Of a stretch of DNA of 64,000 nt, positions 29,984 to 39,600 are shown in pieces. The position numbers were made by a program, and so were the translations under genes. The notes beneath the pieces are model-generated. The model did not search any database. It had not been told where the DNA came from and worked only from the letters and a program-made list of their open reading frames with translations. Within the stretch, counting starts at the first letter, position 1; each line of letters starts with the position of its first letter. This DNA is from Patescibacteria group bacterium (GTDB taxonomy: Bacteria > Patescibacteriota > Patescibacteriia > UBA11705 > DATKZF01), in assembly GCA_049319825.1 (NCBI GenBank), contig JBMORT010000006.1, positions 235,641 through 299,640 of the forward strand. Direction: 5' to 3'.

Positions 29984-32900
29984 ATGAAAAAGCGAAATAA
30001 CACATTATCTTTGGTGTCAAAGATAATCAGCATCGCCTCCATTTGCGGACTGTTGGCTGTGCCGTATTTGGCCGATGCTTCCAACTTCGCCGATTTCGGC
30101 GGACCGGGCGCTCCGGCCATCACTGTCGGCCCGAGTTCTACCAATGTTGTGACTATGGCCGTTACCATTCCGGATGCCTGGAATGGCGGCGCGTTCACCG
30201 CGGATATTGCTAAAAAAGCGGGCGCCAATTCATTTTGGCAAGGAGACTCTTTGAATTCTATCCCGGCATTGGGGACGACATCCGGCGTCGGTTATAAAGA
30301 AGATGGCACCGGCGGCTTTCAGGGCACAGAGCCGGTAGTCCGTGATTTGGACGCGGATAGCGCATATACTTCAGCCGCCGACACCACTATCGCCGGTGTG
30401 CCGCCAGCCGCGGGCACGACCATCACCACCACCAAAGACGCGGACTGGACTTCAGTTTATTTTTACGATGCTGTTGGCGGCGGCGCCTGGAGTGCCGCGG
30501 CTGACTTGATTTTCAATGACGACGGCAATGTTTACTATGATATCGGACCCGATACTCTTGAAGCCGGCACCGGCGCGGAAAATACTTTAGGCACGCTGAC
30601 CGAGCCGGCAAACTGGGGGCTGTACTATTATGACGCGGTAAACGGCAATGTTTATAACGGCGGCCTAGACTGGATCGGTCGAGATGACGATGCCGATCAG
30701 GTTTACACTTCGGCCGCGGACGTAATCTACATTGATCAGGCAGATTTACCTCTTGCGGGCAATACATATTATGACGTAGTCGCCGCCGATCAAGTGTGCT
30801 CGGATAACAGCGATTTGGCCGCGGCTTCCTGCGTCTATACGGATTCGGGCGGCGATTGCGACGCTACCGACGGCGATACCCACACTTATTATATGGGAGC
30901 GGCTTGCGGCACCGCGACCGATACCTTAATCGTCACCGGCGACAACTGGATGACCACTGATGATACCATTGATAACACTACCGATTTTATTAAAGAAAAT
31001 GTCGCCGAAGAACTGACCTATTCCGCGGCCGCGGACGCCACCATTGACGGCGTGGCGCCGGTCGCGGGGACAGCCATAGTGAACGCCAAGGATGCTGATT
31101 GGACATTGCTTTATTTTTATGACGCGGTGGCCGGCGGCGGCTGGAATGCCGGCACAGACTTGATTTTTAATGACAGCGGATTTGTGTATTATGATATCGG
31201 CCTTGATACTTATATCGCTGGCAATTCGGTGGAAAATCAGCTTGGCAATATCAATGAGCCGGCAAATTGGAATTTGTTTTACTATGACGCCGTTAATCTT
31301 GACGCTTGGAATAACGCCGCTGACTGGTTGGGAACCGATGACGGCGGATCCGGAACTTTCTCCACCAGCGCGGATGTCGATGTTTATAGCACCGGCGGTT
31401 TATCGAACGCCGACGCGCTGGCGAATTTCGCCGCTGATTGCGATGGCGGCGGTGCGGGCACCCAAGCTTGCGCTTATACCGGCAGCGCTCCGATAGACGC
31501 GGGTGATTCGATTTTGGTGGATCAGGGAACGGCCGCTGGCGCGGCGCCGAACGCGGTCGTTGACAAGCAAGCTGACCAGTTGATCGGTATCGGGGTCACC
31601 AACGCGCTGGGCAACGCCGTTAATCCAACTGATATCGGTAGCGTGTATATTTTCAGAGACGGACCGTCCGCCGGCTGGACCGGTGATGAGGTATTATTGG
31701 GTGCGATGACGCGTCATTCTGTCAATCAAAACGAATGGCGGCTCGATATATCGGCAACGCCTCAAGCGGTGAGCGCCGGCGGCTTATCGATATTCGTCAC
31801 CGCCGACATAACCGCCACTCCCACCCATGGACGAACTTTGCAGTTCGCCATCCCGATATATAACGATACGGGCGCAGACAATATCGCCAATTCAGACGGT
31901 GATTTGGGAGTCTTTATGTCTTCAAATAACGACGGTCCGCTCGATGCGGGCATTGCCAATGGCGCGGCCCAGACAATAGACGCGCTACCGCCGACGCTTC
32001 AGAGCTTTACTTCAACTACGGTCGATGGCACTTACGGACCCGGTTCAAACATCAATGTCACCGCCACTTACAATGAAAATATTGCCGGCGGCAGTTTGAT
32101 GACGGTTACTTTGGATAATGGCGTCAATGTGACTTTGAATAATATCGTGGGCTCGACCATTTCCGGAACCTACACGGTTGGCGTTACCGGCAGCGGCGAA
32201 GATTCGGCCGATTTGACCGTAGCCAGCATTCTTTCGGAAAGCGTGGCCGATTCTTATGGAAACATTCAAGGAAGTTCAGCTGTTCCCGGCTCTCCGAACA
32301 ATATAGCCGACACGAGTGCGATCGTTATTGATACCACCGCTCCGACGATTACCGAGGTGACGCCGGTGCCGACCCCCACCAATAATCAGAATCCTTCCTA
32401 TACTTTAAATACCGATGAAGCGATCGGGTTGTCTTGGGCCGGCGGTTGCGACAGTGTCACCGGTGCTGTCGGCACCGGCAATCAAACGGTAACCCTTGAC
32501 GCCGACGGCGCCGGCGCTGTGTTGCCAGCAGCAACTTATAATTGCACCTTGACCGGCACTGATGGCGCGGGCAATGCTGGAAATTTGATTATGTCCGCTT
32601 TTACTGTGGATATTACCGCTCCTTCCATAACCGCCGCTCAGCTGGAGGACACCGATAATGACGGGTATGCCGACCGAATCGGCTTAACGTGGGATGAGGC
32701 ATTGTTTGATACCGCATCGGCGGCTAACGGCTTTGATGTGACTTCCGCATCTGATCATGGTTCGTGCGTCGGCGAATCGGCTGATCCGGACGGCACGAAT
32801 TCAGTGGATGTTGATTTTACTTGTTCAATTCCTTATACCGATGTTGGGGATATGAATTTGTCATTGACTCAAAATGCCGGGGTTCGAGACGCGGCCGGCA

Positions 32901-34216
32901 ATCAATCGCTTACGACCGTGCTGACTGCCATTTCAGCGCCGGCGATTATTGACGCGGCGGATCCGGTGATTTTAACAACGTCACCGGCCAATTCGGCCAG
33001 CGGCGTGGGCATTGCCCAAGATGTGGTGGTAACATTTAGTGAGCCCATGAATACCGGTACCGTGACCCAGACTTCAGTTCCTGATCCCACCGGCTGGTCC
33101 GTCGTTTGGACCTCGGGCAATACGGTGGCCACTTACAGCCATGCAGTAAACTTCAATTCCAGCACAGCCTATACCGAGCAAATTACCGCCGGACAAGATA
33201 CCAACGGACGAAATTTGGCTGCCGGACCGGTGGCCAATCCTTGGACGTTTACGACCGGAGCTCCCAGTGGTGGCGGTGGCGGTGGTACTGTTTCTCCGAT
33301 AAATTATTCCCTCTTGATTAATAATGGCAGCGCACAAACTAATTCATCAATCGTGACCTTAAAGTTATCGGCAGAAAACGCCGCCTATATGTTGATTTCA
33401 GAAGATCCTGATTTTACCGATGCCAATTGGCAAGCATACGCGACGACCAAGACATTTACGCTCAGCAGCGGTTACGGCACCAAGAACGTATACGCCAAAT
33501 TCAAATCTTCAACCAATAATCAGTCAAGCCGAGTTTCGGATTCAATACAATACGTGGAAACAATAACGGAGGAACCGGTAGAGGAACCGACACCCGAGCC
33601 TTCGGAGGGTGAATATCCTTCCGGATTGGTTGCCGGAGATTTGGTTAAAACCTCTGATTCTTCGTCTGTTTATGTGCTTGGCGCCGATTCCAAGCGGCAT
33701 GCTTTCCCCAATGAGGACGTATATTTCAGCTGGTACGCAGACTTTTCACAGGTTAAAGTCATTTCCAGCAGCGTATTGGCTTCGATTCCTTTGGGTAAAA
33801 ACGCAACCATGCGCCCGGGCACTTGGCTGATAAAGGTGAAATCATTGCCGAATGTTTACGCGGTTGAGCCGGGCGGAGTGATCCGTTGGATTGAAAATCA
33901 GGGGCTGGCAGAAGAGTTGTACGGCAGCACTTGGAACGAAATGATCAAAGATGTCAGTGACGCTTTCTGGTCAAATTACACTCCGAATGGCAGTATCAGC
34001 GAAGTTATTCATCCCACCGGCGCGGTTATTCAGTATAATGGCCAAACCGCCATATATTTCATCGAAAACGGCGCTACTCGGTATTTGACGGCAGACGCCT
34101 TTGCCGCCGGGGGGTTCAGGCATATGTTCACGATAAAGAATGTTTCCGGCTCGATCAGTTATCCGGCTGGTGGAGATTATGCTGTCAGCAGCACGATCAA
34201 GATCATGGGATTATAG
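29984..34216 (+). CDS. giant secreted surface protein (about 1410 aa) with a ~215-aa internal tandem duplication, Ig-like domains, and C-terminal shared domain
   Basis: Signal peptide; repeats beginning D-x-D-S-x-YTSAAD. SbsA/Big-like segment DPVILTTSPANSASGVGIAQDVVVTFSEPM. G-rich linker GGGGGG. C-term SVYVLGADSKRHAFPNEDVYFSWYADF. Start could be 29963. Confidence 0.6.
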   Translation: MKKRNNTLSLVSKIISIASICGLLAVPYLADASNFADFGGPGAPAITVGPSSTNVVTMAVTIPDAWNGGAFTADIAKKAGANSFWQGDSLNSIPALGTTSGVGYKEDGTGGFQGTEPVVRDLDADSAYTSAADTTIAGVPPAAGTTITTTKDADWTSVYFYDAVGGGAWSAAADLIFNDDGNVYYDIGPDTLEAGTGAENTLGTLTEPANWGLYYYDAVNGNVYNGGLDWIGRDDDADQVYTSAADVIYIDQADLPLAGNTYYDVVAADQVCSDNSDLAAASCVYTDSGGDCDATDGDTHTYYMGAACGTATDTLIVTGDNWMTTDDTIDNTTDFIKENVAEELTYSAAADATIDGVAPVAGTAIVNAKDADWTLLYFYDAVAGGGWNAGTDLIFNDSGFVYYDIGLDTYIAGNSVENQLGNINEPANWNLFYYDAVNLDAWNNAADWLGTDDGGSGTFSTSADVDVYSTGGLSNADALANFAADCDGGGAGTQACAYTGSAPIDAGDSILVDQGTAAGAAPNAVVDKQADQLIGIGVTNALGNAVNPTDIGSVYIFRDGPSAGWTGDEVLLGAMTRHSVNQNEWRLDISATPQAVSAGGLSIFVTADITATPTHGRTLQFAIPIYNDTGADNIANSDGDLGVFMSSNNDGPLDAGIANGAAQTIDALPPTLQSFTSTTVDGTYGPGSNINVTATYNENIAGGSLMTVTLDNGVNVTLNNIVGSTISGTYTVGVTGSGEDSADLTVASILSESVADSYGNIQGSSAVPGSPNNIADTSAIVIDTTAPTITEVTPVPTPTNNQNPSYTLNTDEAIGLSWAGGCDSVTGAVGTGNQTVTLDADGAGAVLPAATYNCTLTGTDGAGNAGNLIMSAFTVDITAPSITAAQLEDTDNDGYADRIGLTWDEALFDTASAANGFDVTSASDHGSCVGESADPDGTNSVDVDFTCSIPYTDVGDMNLSLTQNAGVRDAAGNQSLTTVLTAISAPAIIDAADPVILTTSPANSASGVGIAQDVVVTFSEPMNTGTVTQTSVPDPTGWSVVWTSGNTVATYSHAVNFNSSTAYTEQITAGQDTNGRNLAAGPVANPWTFTTGAPSGGGGGGTVSPINYSLLINNGSAQTNSSIVTLKLSAENAAYMLISEDPDFTDANWQAYATTKTFTLSSGYGTKNVYAKFKSSTNNQSSRVSDSIQYVETITEEPVEEPTPEPSEGEYPSGLVAGDLVKTSDSSSVYVLGADSKRHAFPNEDVYFSWYADFSQVKVISSSVLASIPLGKNATMRPGTWLIKVKSLPNVYAVEPGGVIRWIENQGLAEELYGSTWNEMIKDVSDAFWSNYTPNGSISEVIHPTGAVIQYNGQTAIYFIENGATRYLTADAFAAGGFRHMFTIKNVSGSISYPAGGDYAVSSTIKIMGL

Positions 34217-34335
34217 AGTTAATATAATAAAAAAGGGCTTTGGCGAGTCCTTTTTTATTTCAAGTTTTGTGGATAAATTGTTTACAATTATTGAAAATAA
34301 TTGTATAATAATAAATGATTTTTTAAAAAAAATAT

Positions 34336-36756
34336 ATGAAATTGAAAATTTTCTCAATGTTTTTAATTTGTTTTGTCGTCGTTGGTGCTTGCGCCGTTTT
34401 CAGCGTGATGCCAGCGACCGCGACAACCGCTGATTTTTTCGAAGTACGATTTGATTCAACAACATTAATGAACAATGATTGGATTTATGTTAAATTCAAT
34501 CAGCATGTTTGGGGAGCTGGGGGAGTGTCATTAAAGCCAAGCGATTTTATCTACACCGATGGCAATGGCGCGGGCATGAGCGCGATCAAATCCGTCGTCG
34601 TTCATAATCCCGGTGACGATTACGCCATATTGGAAATGAATGCCGCCGCTGTCGCTGGAGACACGGCCGATACATTAGAAGCTGATTTTGGCAAAATCTG
34701 GACAGTATCCGGCGGAGCATTGCCCGGCAAAACTCCAGTATCCTTAGTTGACAATAACGGAGCGGGCCCCACTTTATATGCCTATACTGGAACCGGAGCC
34801 GGCGCGGTCGCTCAAATCGGAGCGAGTAATATGATGGTTGAGTTTATGAGCACAACTCTCGGTGCCGGCGGTAACGCATTGCCTACGCCGATATTCTCCT
34901 CGGCTATTTTTCCGCCATATATTGGGCCGTTAAACTCATCCAATTTTACATATACCAATAATGGGGGCGGCGGGGTCGGACAAGGCATCTCTTCGATCAT
35001 TCATTTTAATTTTGGTGACAGCCGTGTTTACCTGAAAATGAATTTAGCGGTTACCGGTGAAATTGGCACTGATTCACTAGATTGCAACGCAACTGCTTTT
35101 GATATGTGGGGAAATCCCTGCGTCGCCACGCCACCGGCGCTGATTCAGGCGGATGGTGGAGCGCCAACGCTGAGCACCGTTGAAACAACGGAAGGGGTCG
35201 GAACCGGGGAGATGGTCTTTATTGATCCGGCGAGAAATGCGCCCGAGCCGATTTTTGGCAACGCTGGCTTTTCCATGCCAATAACCGCAGCGGAGTTAAC
35301 TTATAAAGATAACAATCCAGGCGGTGCCACCTCATTGATCAGTGTCACCCATGCCGTTGGCAATGATTACGCGATCATGAATTTCGACAGATTCGTCGCC
35401 TCAACCGATTTTTCGGTGGATAATATCAGTTCAACCATCACTCCAGGCGTGGATTTATTCAATAATTCAATAATTGGTTCTGCCGTGCTGGCCGACACGA
35501 TCGATCCGGTGATTATCAGTTATTCACCAACAGATAACGCCACCAACGTGTCGATTGATTCACCGTTAGTTGTCGATTTCAGCGAACCGATCAACACCGG
35601 ATCATTAACCGGCACGATTTCGCCTGATCCTGGTAATTGGGTTAACAATTGGAGCAATGGCGACAAAAGAGTCAGCATGACGCATGATCAATATCTTTAT
35701 TTCACACAGTACGTGATTACCAACGGCACAGTTGATGATACCGCCGGTAACTCCATGGGCGGATTTAACGGCTGGGATTTTACCACCAGCAAACGTTCTT
35801 CTGGCGGTTCACTTTACCCAACCAATTATTCGCTTAGAATTAATAATGATGATGTCACCACGAACTCTTTGAACGTATCCCTGGACATTAATGCGGAGAA
35901 TGCCGATAAAATGATGATTTCCAATTATTCGAATTTCATTGATTCCGATTGGGAGGATTTTGACACCGGTAAACTCTGGACGTTGCTTGAAGGCGCCGGC
36001 ACTAAGACCGTCTATATGTTATTCAAAAATTTGAATGGCAATCAATCGATTGTTGTTTCGGATACCATTGAATACGCCGCAGCTGATGACGCGACCACAT
36101 CGAATGTCGATGATGAATCGGATCAAGCCGAGCCAGCCGAGACAATAATGTTTCCTGATGGATTAACGGCGGGAGAATTGGTAAAAGTGATGAACACCTC
36201 GGCTGTTTATTTGCTCGGAGCGGATGGCGATAGACACGCATTTCCCAATGAAGATGTGTACATGAGTTGGTTTGATGATTTTTCCTCGGTAAAAGTGGTT
36301 TCCAACAGCACCCTGGCAAAGATCGCTTTGGGAAAAAATATTACCATGCGTCCGGGAACATGGTTGATAAAAATTAAATCATTGCCAAATGTGTATGCGG
36401 TTGAACCCGGTGGTTTGATTGAATGGATTGAATCGGAGGATTTAGCCGAAGATTTATACGGCAGCGGCTGGAATATAAGGATTAAGGATTTAAGCGATGC
36501 GTTTTGGCCCGATTACAAAAAGAACGGATCAATTACCGATCCGGTCCATCCCTGCGGCACATTGATTCGATACGCGGGAGAAAACAATGTTTATTACATA
36601 GATGCGGACGCTAAGCGATTTATTTCACCGTCGATATTCCAGGCCAATGGATTCAAAGAATCATTCATCGTCGATAATGTGCCCAGCTCGTTTGTGTATT
36701 CGGCCGGCGATGATTTGTCTATCAGCGGCATGACCGCCATGATGTTTGCTCAATAA
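34336..36756 (+). CDS. secreted surface protein (806 aa), paralog of the preceding protein over its C-terminal ~450 aa
   Basis: Signal peptide MKLKIFSMFLICFVVVGACAVFSVMPATA. Shares the DPVIISYSPTDNATNVSIDSPLVVDFSEPIN Ig-like domain, the ...YPTNYSLRINN... domain, and the C-term AVYLLGADGDRHAFPNEDVYMSWFDDF domain. Paralog nucleotide identity ~80% over 36.18-36.5 kb vs 33.65-34.0 kb. Confidence 0.6.
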   Translation: MKLKIFSMFLICFVVVGACAVFSVMPATATTADFFEVRFDSTTLMNNDWIYVKFNQHVWGAGGVSLKPSDFIYTDGNGAGMSAIKSVVVHNPGDDYAILEMNAAAVAGDTADTLEADFGKIWTVSGGALPGKTPVSLVDNNGAGPTLYAYTGTGAGAVAQIGASNMMVEFMSTTLGAGGNALPTPIFSSAIFPPYIGPLNSSNFTYTNNGGGGVGQGISSIIHFNFGDSRVYLKMNLAVTGEIGTDSLDCNATAFDMWGNPCVATPPALIQADGGAPTLSTVETTEGVGTGEMVFIDPARNAPEPIFGNAGFSMPITAAELTYKDNNPGGATSLISVTHAVGNDYAIMNFDRFVASTDFSVDNISSTITPGVDLFNNSIIGSAVLADTIDPVIISYSPTDNATNVSIDSPLVVDFSEPINTGSLTGTISPDPGNWVNNWSNGDKRVSMTHDQYLYFTQYVITNGTVDDTAGNSMGGFNGWDFTTSKRSSGGSLYPTNYSLRINNDDVTTNSLNVSLDINAENADKMMISNYSNFIDSDWEDFDTGKLWTLLEGAGTKTVYMLFKNLNGNQSIVVSDTIEYAAADDATTSNVDDESDQAEPAETIMFPDGLTAGELVKVMNTSAVYLLGADGDRHAFPNEDVYMSWFDDFSSVKVVSNSTLAKIALGKNITMRPGTWLIKIKSLPNVYAVEPGGLIEWIESEDLAEDLYGSGWNIRIKDLSDAFWPDYKKNGSITDPVHPCGTLIRYAGENNVYYIDADAKRFISPSIFQANGFKESFIVDNVPSSFVYSAGDDLSISGMTAMMFAQ

Positions 36757-36772
36757 AAATAAAATTTATGAA

Positions 36773-36800
36773 CGCCCTCGGTTTCCGGGGGCTTTTTTTT
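36773..36800 (+). terminator. rho-independent terminator
   Basis: gccctcggtttccgggggcttttttttat: 7-bp stem with one G-U, T8 run. Confidence 0.55.
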
Positions 36801-36884
36801 ATAACTTAAATATGGTTAAATAGTAAAATACAGCCGTTAGAAAGAATTTTTGTCTAAAATTGTATTAAAAAATAGAATAATGAC

Positions 36885-37439
36885 ATGGATTATTCCAATC
36901 TTGACGACATCAGTATTGTCGAAATCACAATAAAAAACGATAAAAATGCTTTTGCGGTGCTAATTTCCAGATATCAGGGTAAATTGTTTTCCTATATTTT
37001 AAGGTTGATAAATCATCGCGAGGAGTCTGCGGATGTTCTGCAAGAGGTGTTTTTAAAGGCTTACAAAAGTTTAAAAAGTTTTAATTCCAAAAAAAGTTTT
37101 TCCAGCTGGATATATCGAATCGCTCACAATGAATCGGTCAATTGGCTGAAAAAAAACACCAAATATAAAAAGCAATCGCTTGATGATGAAAACAATCCAA
37201 TTGACGTGTCGGACAGTCATGATCTTTCGGCGGCGTCAATAATCAACGAAGAAAGGGTTGAATTGATTAAATCGCTGGCTAAATTGCCAATCAAATATAA
37301 GGAAGTGCTGGTGTTGCGGTTTGTTGAGGAAAAATCATATGAAGAAATTTCTCAAATTATCAGCAAGTCGGTCAATGCCGTCGGCATTATGATCAATCGC
37401 GCGAAAAAAATGTTGGCGGAAATTCATAAAATTGATTAA
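36885..37439 (+). CDS. ECF-type sigma-70 family sigma factor
   Basis: Region 2 LISRYQGKLFSYILRLINHREESADVLQEVFLKAYKSL...FSSWIYRIAHNESVNWLKK. Region 4 YKEVLVLRFVEEKSYEEISQIISKSVNAVGIMINRAKKMLAE. Confidence 0.75.
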   Translation: MDYSNLDDISIVEITIKNDKNAFAVLISRYQGKLFSYILRLINHREESADVLQEVFLKAYKSLKSFNSKKSFSSWIYRIAHNESVNWLKKNTKYKKQSLDDENNPIDVSDSHDLSAASIINEERVELIKSLAKLPIKYKEVLVLRFVEEKSYEEISQIISKSVNAVGIMINRAKKMLAEIHKID

Positions 37440-37447
37440 ATGCAAGT

Positions 37448-38389
37448 ATGAACAATTGGGAAAAAAAATTAGGCGGTTTGCGACAGGATTTTAACGTTGA
37501 GGTTCAAGCTCGGGTAATGGAAAAAATAAGCAATGTTAAAATGACGCCGAAAATATATTTTCAATCAAAAAAGACATTGATGATTTTATTGTTTTTGTCG
37601 TTATTATTAGCTGTCGTGTTTATAATCAATTTGGCTTTATACGATGTTCAGCAAAGCGCCAGCTATGAATACATTAATTTTGGCGCATCCGGTATCGGCG
37701 TCTTTTTGCGCAATTTGCCTTATCTGCTACTGTTTAGCATGCTTGTTTTTCTGGCATTGTCCATCTGGATGATGTCCAAGTTTGAATTGTCTTATAAAAA
37801 ATATTTCGCTGTTTTCATTGTAGTTATCGTGGCCGGAACATCCATGGGCGGCACCGCGCTGTTTGCCTCCGGTTTCAACGATCAAATGCGAAATAAAGTT
37901 GATAATCAGGAATTGACAATGCCGCTGGTGCGGCCGGTCGCCCGTAAGCTTTATAATACATACGGACCGAGAATGATCGATCGCAGCTTGGTCGGCAGGG
38001 TCGCGGTGCCGCCCGGAGAATCGAGGGAAATGCTGGTGATAACGCCTCAGGGACAGCAGGTGACGGTGAAAATACAAAAAAATTGTAAAATAGTATCGGC
38101 GCAAGGAACAGTCGCTTCCGGCGACATGTTGATTATAATGGGTGAGCCGGTCGTTAATTTTCATGCCAGCGGCATTAAAGTTATCGAAGATCAGCGGCGC
38201 GCCATCGATATGATGAAAACGCTCAGCCGCCGGCAGCTGATGGTAAAATTCAGGAAACCAGAACCGCTCAACGACGCGATTGAGTTCCCTTTTGATCCGG
38301 AAAAAAAGATTAAATTTATGGAAAACATGGGCGGAGTGCTGCAATCGGGCAGCCAGGTTAAGACGGCGAATATTATTTGGGGCGATTGA
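37448..38389 (+). CDS. membrane protein downstream of the ECF sigma (possible anti-sigma factor)
   Basis: Short cytoplasmic N-term, then at least 3 predicted TM segments, then a ~180-aa extracytoplasmic domain. Position immediately 3' of the sigma gene with an 8-nt gap. Confidence 0.35.
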   Translation: MNNWEKKLGGLRQDFNVEVQARVMEKISNVKMTPKIYFQSKKTLMILLFLSLLLAVVFIINLALYDVQQSASYEYINFGASGIGVFLRNLPYLLLFSMLVFLALSIWMMSKFELSYKKYFAVFIVVIVAGTSMGGTALFASGFNDQMRNKVDNQELTMPLVRPVARKLYNTYGPRMIDRSLVGRVAVPPGESREMLVITPQGQQVTVKIQKNCKIVSAQGTVASGDMLIIMGEPVVNFHASGIKVIEDQRRAIDMMKTLSRRQLMVKFRKPEPLNDAIEFPFDPEKKIKFMENMGGVLQSGSQVKTANIIWGD

Positions 38390-38502
38390 AATAAAAGAAA
38401 AAGCGATATTTAGGCAGTGGGCGAGTGATACGTTATAATTGCCTGCTGCCTTTTATTTTTAATTTTTCATTTTTCCTTGGTAATTAATAAATTTGTCCAC
38501 AG

Positions 38503-38522
38503 CTGTCGAGCGCGCTCGACAG
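38503..38522. repeat. 20-bp perfect GC-rich palindrome
   Basis: ctgtcgagcgcgctcgacag. A partial third arm (cgcgacagc) follows at 38527-38537. Confidence 0.7.
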
Positions 38523-38643
38523 AAATCGCGACAGCTTGATTTGATCTTGTGAAAACTGCTGATATAAAGCGGTTTTTTGTTCGCTTTGCCCGACAAAAAA
38601 GTCTATTCAAATCTGTTCAAACAAGAGACAATATGGGTGAGGG

Positions 38644-38694
38644 GTTCCCGAAGAAGCGCGCGAAATATTTCGCACTCAAGCGCTTCTCGGGAAC
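38644..38694. repeat. nested hairpin: 15-16-bp inverted arms enclosing a 14-bp perfect palindrome
   Basis: gttcccgaagaagcgc [gcgaaatatttcgc] actcaa gcgcttctcgggaac. Confidence 0.7.
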
Positions 38695-38867
38695 AAAATC
38701 AAGAGCCAAGATCAATAATGATGGCTAGAAATTGATGAAGGCAACGCTATATCCCCAAGCAAAGGTAAAGATACCAAGCCGAAATAAAGATCATACCAAC
38801 AAATTCGCGTTTTCTATCTGTAAACATTGCCTGCGCAGGCATACATTAAAAAATAACTAAAACTTTT

Positions 38868-39449
38868 ATGCAAAAATTCATTGAACGACAAGCCGGCGGC
38901 ACTTACTTTTATTCCAGCACCGTGGCCGGCAAAAAAAACTTATTCGTCAGCCAAGTTTATCTTGATTTGATGATTAAAAATATCAAGGAGGTGGCCAAAG
39001 AGATGAACGTTAAAAACCTGGGGTATTTGATAATGCCAAATCATTTTTACTGGCTGTTTAAGCTGCCCAAAGAACAAGATAATCCCGTGAAAGTTTACGG
39101 TGAACTGAAAAAAAGAGTATCTTTTCAGATTCTGGACCAACTTCGCGCCGAAGCCAAGGTCGATGAAAAACAGCCGATGGTCAAGCTGTTCGATACGAAC
39201 GAGCGCGTTAGCCGCTCTCACGCTAGAAGAATCATTTGGTTTTTTAAGGAAGAGGCGAAAAAGCTTGAAAACGGAAAAAAAATGAAAATGTGGGAAACTG
39301 ATTCAAAATTGAATTTGGTCAAAGACGAGGAGTCTTTGGGTAGAGCGATTGAGGTATTGAAAAGCGGGCCGATCAAAGATCGATGGCAATTGGTGGAAAA
39401 ATCGGAAGATTATCCTTATTTGTTTTTATCGCCAAAGCCGTGTGTTTGA
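38868..39449 (+). CDS. IS200/IS605-like (RAYT/Y1 HuH transposase-like) protein with a degenerate HuH motif; probably inactive or domesticated
   Basis: LGYLIMPNHFYWLFKLP aligns to the canonical (h)AYxLMPNHVHLLh motif of Y1/RAYT proteins, but H-V-H is replaced by H-F-Y. C-terminal SEDYPYLFLS resembles the RAYT C-terminal EDYPWSS motif. Flanked on both sides by GC-rich palindromes. Confidence 0.45.
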   Translation: MQKFIERQAGGTYFYSSTVAGKKNLFVSQVYLDLMIKNIKEVAKEMNVKNLGYLIMPNHFYWLFKLPKEQDNPVKVYGELKKRVSFQILDQLRAEAKVDEKQPMVKLFDTNERVSRSHARRIIWFFKEEAKKLENGKKMKMWETDSKLNLVKDEESLGRAIEVLKSGPIKDRWQLVEKSEDYPYLFLSPKPCV

Positions 39450-39454
39450 GCGCT

Positions 39455-39600
39455 GACGGGCAAAACCTACTGGCCGGCCCTACCTGGCCAATAAGATTGC
39501 TCGTCGTTCGCAGGCAATTTTAATAAAAGCTCGGCGGGCCGGCCTTTGGGAGACGGACGGCCCGTCGAGACAAAGTATTATAAAGAATATACATTTTTAA
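39455..39600. repeat. GC-rich palindrome-containing segment 3' of the RAYT-like gene
   Basis: ggccggcc, ctggcc direct repeat, cggcgggccggcc, gacggacggcccgtc. Local GC is much higher than the window average. Confidence 0.4.

Noticed and set aside
37727-38344. 205-aa minus-strand ORF overlapping the membrane protein 37448-38389
   Set aside because: Antisense to the sense ORF that carries TM-helix periodicity. His/Arg-rich nonsense composition typical of a shadow ORF.
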